NCBI GenBank assembly: GCA_040752415.1 | Contig: JBFMGU010000067.1 | Location: 1 to 42,523 of the forward strand | DNA: 42,523 nt | Direction: 5' to 3' | DNA from: Myxococcota bacterium | Lineage (GTDB): Bacteria > Myxococcota > JACRCW01 | Shown: piece by piece, positions 12,703-23,396 of the stretch | Numbering within the stretch: position 1 is the first letter of the stretch | Layout of the letters: the number at the start of each line of letters is the position of its first letter | The notes under the pieces: generated by a model | What the model was told of the DNA's origin: nothing | Seen by the model: the letters and a program-made list of their open reading frames with translations, nothing else | Databases searched by the model: none | Made by a program: the position numbers and the translations under genes

Positions 12703-13386
12703 ATGTCCAAGGCCACCACCGAGATGACCCGCTGGCTTGCCGCCGAGCTTTCCCGTCGGGGGGACCCGGAGATTGCGCGGGGCATGGCGGCGTACATGAA
12801 GACCGACATGCCGTTCCACGGCGTGAAGAAGCCGGAGCGCCTGCCGGTCCTGCGCGAGTTGAAGAAACGCTATGCACCCGCGGACGCGCGCGCGTACGAG
12901 GAGACGGTGCTGGCGTTGTGGCAGGGAAAGCACCGCGAGGAGAAATACGCCGCGTTGTACATGGCCATGGCGTTCAGGAAGCTCATCGACCTGCCGGCCA
13001 TGCCGCTGTACGAGCGTCTCATCCGCGAGGGCGCGTGGTGGGACCTGGTGGACGACGTGGCGATCCGCCTGGTGGGCGAGGTGTGGCGCAAGCAGCGCGC
13101 GCGGGTGTCCACGCTGATGGACCGCTGGATCGACGACGAGGACCTGTGGATCCGCCGCACCGCGATCATCGGCCAGAACAAGCACGGGGAAGATACCGAC
13201 GAGAAGCGCCTGTTCGACTACTGCGCGCGCCGCATGCACGAGAAGGAGTTCTTCATCCGCAAGGGCATCGGCTGGGCGCTGCGCTCCTACGCGTACACCG
13301 CGCCGAAGGCGGTGGCGTCGTTCCTGAGAACGCACAAGGATGGGCTGAGCGGCTTGAGCTACCGGGAAGCCAGCAAGCACCTGTGA
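12703..13386 (+). CDS. alkD: DNA alkylation repair protein (AlkD-like HEAT-repeat glycosylase)
   Basis: AYMK..FHGV, REEKY, WWDLVD, DLWIRRTA and EFFIRKGIGWALR motifs. GAGGAG RBS. Confidence 0.88.
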   Translation: MSKATTEMTRWLAAELSRRGDPEIARGMAAYMKTDMPFHGVKKPERLPVLRELKKRYAPADARAYEETVLALWQGKHREEKYAALYMAMAFRKLIDLPAMPLYERLIREGAWWDLVDDVAIRLVGEVWRKQRARVSTLMDRWIDDEDLWIRRTAIIGQNKHGEDTDEKRLFDYCARRMHEKEFFIRKGIGWALRSYAYTAPKAVASFLRTHKDGLSGLSYREASKHL

Positions 13387-13443
13387 ATTGCCTGTGAGTC
13401 ATGAGTGCCAATCCGGGCCAAAGGCCATGAGAGACCCCCGCGC

Positions 13444-13660
13444 TCCCCGCCAATGAGATTGGCAGGCAACAAAGAACCCAAGCCCTGCTCTCCTCTCGGC
13501 GGCGGTGTCGCGGCGCAGGACCAACCGTGAATGGGACGCGCGGCAAAAGGGACGAACGCGGACAAGGCGCTTCACTGGCAGTCCTGCGAAACGCCTCCGT
13601 CGGCCACGTGCTGAGCAGGACTTGACCCTTCCAGCTGCCTGCCAATCTCATTGGCAGGGA
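13444..13660. repeat. REP-doublet-like inverted repeat; each arm is itself a hairpin
   Basis: GCCAATGAGATTGGCAGGCA (13449-13468) is the exact reverse complement of 13636-13655. The similarity extends imperfectly over about 13444-13490 / 13613-13660. Confidence 0.8.
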
Positions 13661-13762
13661 CTTCAGACCCGTTCCGTTTAGCGCCCTTGACGAAGTTTGG
13701 CCTCAGCACTAGCGATTCAGAAAAGTGCGCTCAAACCCGTGCGTGGCTTCCCCGAGGTAAAC

Positions 13763-14689
13763 ATGCGTCGTGCTCTGGCGGTCGTCGCCGCCCTGTCGAG
13801 CTGTTTCCTGCCGGCATGTCCGGAGACCCCAACCATCAAGTCCCTGACCCTGGACATTGATTTCGCCACCCTGCGGGCGGACGGAAAATCCTTCGCCACG
13901 ATTACCGTTATTACCGACGTGGAAGGCGACGTCTTCCTCACCACGGAGCGCGGGAAGTTCGAGACCAGCGGTCGGAGCACCGTGAGCGTCTATTCGACCG
14001 GCACGGCCTCCACCCGGCTCAAGGTCTGCAACATCACGCAGGTCGGCTGCTTCGGGACCAACGTGATCAAGGCAACCACGGCGGAAGGCTTGGAGGCGAC
14101 CCTGGAGATGACGCTGACCTGCCCCTATTCACTCGTGCGCCAACCGCTCAGCACGTTTGAAACCCAAGACGAGGGCTGGCGCATCGTGGGGGATGCGAAC
14201 AGTGAGACCCCGCAGGGGGGAGACAACGGGCAGGTTCCGGAACACGATCCCGAGGGCGGCAACCCGGGTGGGGCGGTCGTGGCGACGGACCTGGTGACCG
14301 GGGGCGTCTGGTATTGGCAGTCGCCCGCCTCCTTCAGTGGCCAGTGGGCCACACAGGCGGGCGGTACGCTGTCTTTTGACATGTACACCACCGCCACGGA
14401 TGGCTCGCTGAACGCCAGGCATCCCGCGGTGATCATCCGTGGAGGCGGCCGCTCCCTGCACCGCGTTGCCGACGCGGACCCGGCCACCAACCAATGGGTG
14501 CGCTTCGAGATCCCACTGACCCCGGCGGGAGGGTGGAAGGTCGGCAGCATGAACGGAGCACCCGCCACCGACGAGGACATCGCCATGGCGTTGCAGTGCG
14601 TTGGCTCCCTCAACATCCGCGGCGAGTACCGGACCGGACCGGACAGCGGCTCCCTGGATAACGTGATCTTCACGCCTGGCGCCCCGTAG
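13763..14689 (+). CDS. Lipoprotein with Ig-like (invasin-type) and laminin B (domain IV)-like domains
   Basis: Lipobox LPAC. ATLRADGKSFATITV is Big/invasin-like. STF..EGW, WYWQSP..F.G, GGTLSFD and IRGEY..GSLDNV match prokaryotic laminin-B-like domains. Confidence 0.7.
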   Translation: MRRALAVVAALSSCFLPACPETPTIKSLTLDIDFATLRADGKSFATITVITDVEGDVFLTTERGKFETSGRSTVSVYSTGTASTRLKVCNITQVGCFGTNVIKATTAEGLEATLEMTLTCPYSLVRQPLSTFETQDEGWRIVGDANSETPQGGDNGQVPEHDPEGGNPGGAVVATDLVTGGVWYWQSPASFSGQWATQAGGTLSFDMYTTATDGSLNARHPAVIIRGGGRSLHRVADADPATNQWVRFEIPLTPAGGWKVGSMNGAPATDEDIAMALQCVGSLNIRGEYRTGPDSGSLDNVIFTPGAP

Positions 14690-14746
14690 GCACAGGCCGC
14701 GTGGGGATGATGCGCGGCGTGGACGTTCAAGAAGCGTCAGCTGCGC

Positions 14747-14966
14747 GGGCGCGTGGTGGGACCTGGATGACCTGTGGATCCGCCGCACCGCGATCATCGG
14801 CCAGAAAGACACCGACGAGAAGCGCCTGTTCGACTGCTGCGCGCGCCGCATGCACGAGAAGGAGGGCTTCATCCAGGAAGAGCTGTGTGCCGAGCCTCCG
14901 CGGGTCGAAGACCACGCCAGCCGCTGTCCCCAAACGCCGCGACCGGACGACGGCGACGCGCTGTGA
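14747..14966 (+). pseudogene. Internally deleted partial duplicate of the upstream alkD gene
   Basis: 14747-14766 = 13029-13048 (20/20). 14769-14806 = 13141-13178 (38/38). 14807-14874 matches 13191-13258 (64/68). No in-frame start upstream of the homologous blocks. Confidence 0.85.
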
Positions 14967-15029
14967 ATCTGGAGCGCCTCCGTGGGCTTAGGCTATGAAG
15001 GGCTCACCTGCTCGCCCCGGAGGGTGCTC

Positions 15030-18347
<3,318 letters not shown>

Positions 18348-18620
18348 GGTCCGAGCGAAAGCGGCACTTCATGCCGCAGTCCGAAAGGGTGCGGGCCCAT
18401 CCTCGCCGGTAGCCAGCGCCCGCACCCACGCGACACTGTGCAACGTGCCGGCCTCCCGTTCCCGGGGACGAACGTGGCCGGCACTTTCGGACTGCGGCAT
18501 GAAGTGCCGCTTTCGCTCGGACCGACCGCTGGTGGCGCCGCGTGCCGGCCCGTGGTGGCAGTGGGCGACGCGGCCGGCACCCTGGGAGTGCGGTCAGAAT
18601 TACCGCTTTGCTTCGGACCG
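18348..18620. repeat. Cluster of three ~80-nt two-hairpin REP-like elements (one inverted, two direct)
   Basis: Perfect 40-bp inverted repeat 18348-18387 / 18484-18523, plus a third diverged copy at 18542-18620. Lies between convergent genes. Confidence 0.85.
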
Positions 18621-18625
18621 CGCGG

Positions 18626-19708
18626 TCACTCCCCGCCCAGCGCGATGTTGCGCTCGAAGTCCGACGGGTTCGTCGACGCCTCGCGCGCCACCTCCTGGGT
18701 GACCACGGCGCTCTGGAACAGGTACGCCAGGTGCTGGTCGAAGCTCTGCGTGCCGTAGACGTCGCGGCCCTTCTCGAGGTGCTCGGTGATCTCCGCGGTG
18801 CGCCCCGGCTCCCGGATCAGCTCGGAGATGCCGAGGGTGTTGACCAGGATCTCCGCCGCCACCACGCGGCCCCGTCCGTCGGCGCGCGCGAGCAGTCGCT
18901 GGCTGATGGAGGCGCGCAGCGTCTCGGCCAGGCGGTTGCGCACACCCTGCTGTGCGTCGGGCGGGTAGACGCCGATGATGCGGCCAATGGTGCGTGCCGC
19001 GTCGATGGTGTGCGCGGTGGAGAGCACCAGGTGCCCGGTCTCCGCGGCCTTGAGCGCGATGTCGATGGTCTCGAGGTCACGCATCTCGCCCACCAGGATG
19101 ACGTCGGGATCCTGGCGCAACGCGGCGCGCAGCGCGGTGGCGAACGAGGGCGTGTCCGGCCCCACCTCACGCTGCGTGATGCGGGACTGCGCGTCCTGGT
19201 GGATGAACTCAATGGGGTCTTCCACCGTGAGGATGTGCTTGCGGAAGCGCTGGTTGATCTCGTTGACGAACGCCGCCAGCGTGCTGGTCTTGCCCGAGCC
19301 GGTGACGCCGGTGACCAGGATGAGCCCGCGGTCCTCCTCGGCAATCTTCTTGAGCACCGGCGGGACGCCCAGCATGTCGAAGTTGGGCGTGGTCATGGGG
19401 ATGGAGCGCAGCACCGCCGCGAAGTTCCCCATCTGACGGAACACCGAGGCGCGGAAGCGGCCGGTGCCCTCCAGCGCGTAGGAGGTGTCCACCTCGCGCA
19501 GCTCCTCCATGTTCCCGCGCCAGCGCGCCGCGTTGAGGATGTGGCCGGCAATGCGTTGCGTGTCCTCGGCGTGGAGTGCGGGGACGCGGACCGGTCGCAG
19601 CTCGCCGTTGACGCGCACGGCGGGAGCGGTGCCGGCCTTGAAGTGGATGTCGGAGGCACCGGCTTTGACCGCCGCGCCCAGGAACTGGTTGAAGGTGGCA
19701 AGATCCAT
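18626..19708 (-). CDS. pilT: PilT/PilU-family type IV pilus retraction ATPase (paralogue)
   Basis: ASDIH N-terminus, Walker A GVTGSGKT, Asp box TVEDPIE, LRQDPDVILVGEMRD, His box AETGHLVLSTAHT, and GISELIRE in place of AIRNLIRE. Confidence 0.92.
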   Translation of the reverse strand: MDLATFNQFLGAAVKAGASDIHFKAGTAPAVRVNGELRPVRVPALHAEDTQRIAGHILNAARWRGNMEELREVDTSYALEGTGRFRASVFRQMGNFAAVLRSIPMTTPNFDMLGVPPVLKKIAEEDRGLILVTGVTGSGKTSTLAAFVNEINQRFRKHILTVEDPIEFIHQDAQSRITQREVGPDTPSFATALRAALRQDPDVILVGEMRDLETIDIALKAAETGHLVLSTAHTIDAARTIGRIIGVYPPDAQQGVRNRLAETLRASISQRLLARADGRGRVVAAEILVNTLGISELIREPGRTAEITEHLEKGRDVYGTQSFDQHLAYLFQSAVVTQEVAREASTNPSDFERNIALGGE

Positions 19709-19711
19709 GGT

Positions 19712-20206
19712 TCAACGAACCCCGTGCTTGAGGTGCCGGTCGTCGGGAAGCTCGGAATTGGCGCGACGGAGGCGCTCCGAGAGCGTGCGGCAGAAGGCCT
19801 TGTAGATCTTGAGCGCCAGGTTGACGTCGGAGGCAATGAGCTTCTCGAAGGGCCCGCGCGGGATGCTCACCAGCTTGGCATCCTCCTCCGCCTCCACGCG
19901 CGCGCTGGTGAGGTGGTCGTCGATGAGGCTCATCTCACCAAAGAGCTCGCCCGGACCCATGCTGCCCAGGGGACGACCGCCGCGGCTCACCTTCATGCGC
20001 CCGCTGCTGATGATGTACAGCGCCTGCCCCAGCGACTCCTCCTCGATGACGACGTCACCCTGCTTGCGCTCCTCCACGCGGGAGATGGAGCACAGGCGGC
20101 TGGTCTCGTCGAACGTGAGCGACTTGAACAGCGGAAGCTTCTGCATGAGCTCGACGCCTTCCAGGTCGCCGAAGCCCGGCATGCTGATGGGGTCTTTGTT
20201 CTTCAT
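19712..20206 (-). CDS. Stand-alone cyclic nucleotide-binding domain protein
   Basis: LPLFKSL, VIEEE..GQALYIISSG and GELFGEMSLID..SARVEA cNMP fold. No HTH domain. Confidence 0.88.
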   Translation of the reverse strand: MKNKDPISMPGFGDLEGVELMQKLPLFKSLTFDETSRLCSISRVEERKQGDVVIEEESLGQALYIISSGRMKVSRGGRPLGSMGPGELFGEMSLIDDHLTSARVEAEEDAKLVSIPRGPFEKLIASDVNLALKIYKAFCRTLSERLRRANSELPDDRHLKHGVR

Positions 20207-20234
20207 GCGTTCTGCATAGCACACGGCGCCGGGG

Positions 20235-21374
20235 TCAGCCTGGTTCCTGGCGGAACGGGCTCAGCGTCATGAGCTCCTGGATTTCCCCGTCGAGCTCCAC
20301 CCGCTCCGCGTCGAGGAAACGCGCCACGGCGTCGCGCAGTCCGTCGTGGAGCAGCCAGTGCGCGCTGTAGGTGTGCGCGGGCAGGTAGCCGCGGGAAACC
20401 TTGTGCACGCCCTGGGCGCCGGCCTCCACGCGACGCAGTCCCCGCGCAATGGCCAGGTCCATGGCCTGGTAGTAGCAGCACTCGAAGTGGAGGAACTCAT
20501 AGCGGCTACTGCAGCCCCAGTGACGACCGTAGAGCGTGTCGTCGCCGAGCAGGTGGAACGCGCCGGCCACCGGTTTCTCTTCGTCAAAGGCCATGGTGAG
20601 GACCACGCGTCCGGGCATGCGTTGGTGCAGCAGCGGGAAGAACTTCCGCGTCAGGTAGGCGCTGCCCCACTTCCGGTCGACGGTGGAGCCGTAGAACGTG
20701 TGCATGGCCTGCAGGTGCGCTTCGGTGACGTCGTGGCCCTGCAGGGTGCGGAGGGTGAGGCCGCGGGATGCCTGCTCGCGTTCCTTGCGGACCATCTTGC
20801 GCTTGCGCGAGGAGAGCGCGGCGAGGAAGTCGTCGAAGGACGTGTAGCCGTGGTTGTCCCAGAAGAACTGCACGCCGGTCCGCTGCAGCCAGCCTTCGCG
20901 TCCCAGGAGCTCCCACTGCTCGCGAACAGGGAACGTGACGTGCACCGACGAGAGACCGCGCCGGCGCGCCAGGTCCACCGCGCCTTCCGCGAGCGCGTGC
21001 ACCACCTCGTCCTCGCCGGGGCGGGCCAGCAGCCGTGGGCCGGTCACCGGCGTGAAGGGAACCGCCACCTGGAGCTTGGGGTAGTAGCTGCCGCCCGCGC
21101 GCGTGAGGGCCTGCGCCCAGCCCTGGTCGAAGACGTATTCGCCCCAGGAGTGGGTCTTGACGTACGTCGGCGCCACGCCCACCACGTCCTTCCCCCGACG
21201 AGCCACGAGGTGACACGGCTCCCACCCGGTGCGCGGTCCCACGCTGCCGCTCTCCTCCAGCGCGAGGAGGAAGGCGTGGTGGAGGAACGGGTTCTCCGAC
21301 GGCGCGCACGCATCCCACTCCGCCGCGGCGACGTCACGCACGCTCCCGACGGTCTCCACCTTCAGCGCGCTCAT
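20235..21374 (-). CDS. FemAB-like / DUF482 GNAT-fold acyltransferase
   Basis: HSWGEYVFD..WA, YYPKL..VPFTP, LYGRHWG, LHFECCYY and EAGAQG.HK..RGY motifs. ATGA overlap with the upstream gene. Confidence 0.9.
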   Translation of the reverse strand: MSALKVETVGSVRDVAAAEWDACAPSENPFLHHAFLLALEESGSVGPRTGWEPCHLVARRGKDVVGVAPTYVKTHSWGEYVFDQGWAQALTRAGGSYYPKLQVAVPFTPVTGPRLLARPGEDEVVHALAEGAVDLARRRGLSSVHVTFPVREQWELLGREGWLQRTGVQFFWDNHGYTSFDDFLAALSSRKRKMVRKEREQASRGLTLRTLQGHDVTEAHLQAMHTFYGSTVDRKWGSAYLTRKFFPLLHQRMPGRVVLTMAFDEEKPVAGAFHLLGDDTLYGRHWGCSSRYEFLHFECCYYQAMDLAIARGLRRVEAGAQGVHKVSRGYLPAHTYSAHWLLHDGLRDAVARFLDAERVELDGEIQELMTLSPFRQEPG

Positions 21375-23383
21375 GCGACCACCCCACGCGCACGTCGGAG
21401 GAGACCGAGCAGCAGGAGCAACGATGACGCCGCCACCAGGAAGCCCACGCTCCGACCCGGCACACTCCACGTCAACGTCACGTCGTGGGAGCTGGCGGGC
21501 ACGTCCAGCGAGACCAGCGGGTCGTCGCGCACGTTGGCCACCTTGTCGTCGAGGCGGACCTCCAGCCCGGGCAGCGCGGGATGGATCGTGCGGAGCGTGC
21601 CGCCCGCGCCTTCAACGTGGAGACGCAGTTGATCCAGGCCCACGCGCTCCGTCGTCACGGTTCCATTCGTCACGGTGGCCTGCGCCACCTCCCACGGCGC
21701 ATGCGCCACCTGCACGAACCCGTCGCGCCAGACCACGTTCCACCCGGCGGGCACCGGCGCACCCGCCGCGTCGACGACGCTGCCCACGCCCAGCGCACGC
21801 CAGCGTTCGTGGTAGGGGTCGGTGACGGCGTAGTTGATGGCGCCGGGGCGGGTGGCGTCGGGATTTCCCTCGAGCGTGCCGAACAGGTCCCACGTCCTCC
21901 GCGGCAACAGCGGATTGTACCCGCGCGCCACCTCCGCGCCCAAGACCGGACCCAGGTTCAGCAGCGCCACGCGTGACGACGTCACCATGACCCGCCCGCG
22001 CATTCCCTCGGCGGCGCGCAGCAGCGAAGCATACGTGCCCGCAGGATGGGTCCGTTGCGAGGTCCACGCCGCATACGCGCCCTCACCCAGTGACGCCACG
22101 ACGAGCAGCACCGCCCCCACGTTCCGTCCCTGCGACCACAGGAGCAGCCCCACGCCGAGCCCCAGCGTGATCACCGCCGCCACCGCCGTTCCGCGCGCCG
22201 CCGCGGCCTGCGCCTCCACCTGCTCCAGCCCGACGACGCGATAGCAGGTGACGAGGAGGATCAGGGTGATGAGCAGCCACAGCATGTGATTCGTGGAGTT
22301 TAGCGGAGCCCGCGTCGCCTCGTGCACGGCGGAGGCGCCGATCACCACCGAGCCCAGCACGAGCAGCAGCGCGAACCGCGACGGGACCCGGGTCAACGGC
22401 AGCTCCGGCGCCAGCGCCAACATGAGGCCCAGCAGCGCCAGCACCAGCCACGTCACCGCCACCCGTCGCTGCCGGCGCCACACGACGGGGAATCCCACCC
22501 AACCCAGCAGCGCCACCGACGTGCTCTGCTCCCACGCCAGCGGGTGGCCACCGTGCGCGCCGTGTGGCTCTCCCAGCGCCTCGGGTACCAGCAGGCGGAA
22601 CAGCGAGGTGACGTCGAGCGCGAACACCCGCGTCGACGCCTCGACGAGGAGATCGCGCACGCTGTGGGGAAGCCAGAGCACGGTGGGCAGCCATGCCGGG
22701 GTGGCCAGCCCGATCCCCAGCAGCGCGCCCACGCCGAGGTCCCGCACCGTGCCCCCACGTCGGGGAACCATGGTCCACATTGCGAGCACGCCCGGCGCCA
22801 TGAGCACGAGCATGTCCAGGCTGCCCGCGGTGATCGCCAGCGCCACGGAAGCCGCCAGCGCGCCCAGGTGACGTCGTGGCGACACCCCCTGCAGCAGCCC
22901 CGCGCCCGACCACGCCACCCACGGCATCCACGCCGCCACCGCCACGAAGGTGGGATGGATGTGATGCCCCATGAGCCAGCTGGAGAGCGCCCACGCCAGC
23001 CCGCCGCAGCACGACGCCACCACGTCAAGACCCAGCCGCTGCAACGCCAGCCCCATCCCCGCGCAGGCCAGCGCGGCCATGAGCGCCAGGTAGACCACCA
23101 TCGCGCTCACGGGCGGGAGGACGCTGAAGATCCACGTGGGGGGATGGAGCACCTGGTTCTGGATGTCCGCCCAGTAGGGCATCCCGCACGCGGTGAACGG
23201 GTTGTGCGCCGGCGTCTCCACGACGGGAATCCGGCCCTGCATGAGTCCCAGGTTGGGGAGGAAGTGTTGCAGCAGGTCGCCGTGCAGCAACTCGCCGCCG
23301 GTGATCACACTGCGCGCGGAGACGGCCAGCGCGCTCGCCAACGACGTCACCGGGAGCAACCAGCGCGGCTGGACGCCTGACAT
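21371..23383 (-). CDS. YfhO-like multi-pass membrane protein (GT-C-type glycosyltransferase candidate)
   Basis: GD...HFLP, NPFTACGMPYWAD..VLHPP, GLAWALSSW, many TM helices, GYNPL and a final TM helix: YfhO-like layout. Confidence 0.65.
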   Translation of the reverse strand: MSGVQPRWLLPVTSLASALAVSARSVITGGELLHGDLLQHFLPNLGLMQGRIPVVETPAHNPFTACGMPYWADIQNQVLHPPTWIFSVLPPVSAMVVYLALMAALACAGMGLALQRLGLDVVASCCGGLAWALSSWLMGHHIHPTFVAVAAWMPWVAWSGAGLLQGVSPRRHLGALAASVALAITAGSLDMLVLMAPGVLAMWTMVPRRGGTVRDLGVGALLGIGLATPAWLPTVLWLPHSVRDLLVEASTRVFALDVTSLFRLLVPEALGEPHGAHGGHPLAWEQSTSVALLGWVGFPVVWRRQRRVAVTWLVLALLGLMLALAPELPLTRVPSRFALLLVLGSVVIGASAVHEATRAPLNSTNHMLWLLITLILLVTCYRVVGLEQVEAQAAAARGTAVAAVITLGLGVGLLLWSQGRNVGAVLLVVASLGEGAYAAWTSQRTHPAGTYASLLRAAEGMRGRVMVTSSRVALLNLGPVLGAEVARGYNPLLPRRTWDLFGTLEGNPDATRPGAINYAVTDPYHERWRALGVGSVVDAAGAPVPAGWNVVWRDGFVQVAHAPWEVAQATVTNGTVTTERVGLDQLRLHVEGAGGTLRTIHPALPGLEVRLDDKVANVRDDPLVSLDVPASSHDVTLTWSVPGRSVGFLVAASSLLLLLGLLRRARGVVA

Positions 23384-23396
23384 GCTCACCACACCA

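Noticed and set aside
13029..14874. alkD and its copy as a diversity-generating retroelement TR/VR pair
   Set aside because: The differences are deletions and substitutions that are not adenine-specific, and no reverse transcriptase is present in the window.
18348..18620. Repeat cluster as a mini CRISPR array
   Set aside because: Mixed orientation, only three units, variable segments sit inside hairpin loops, and no cas genes are nearby.
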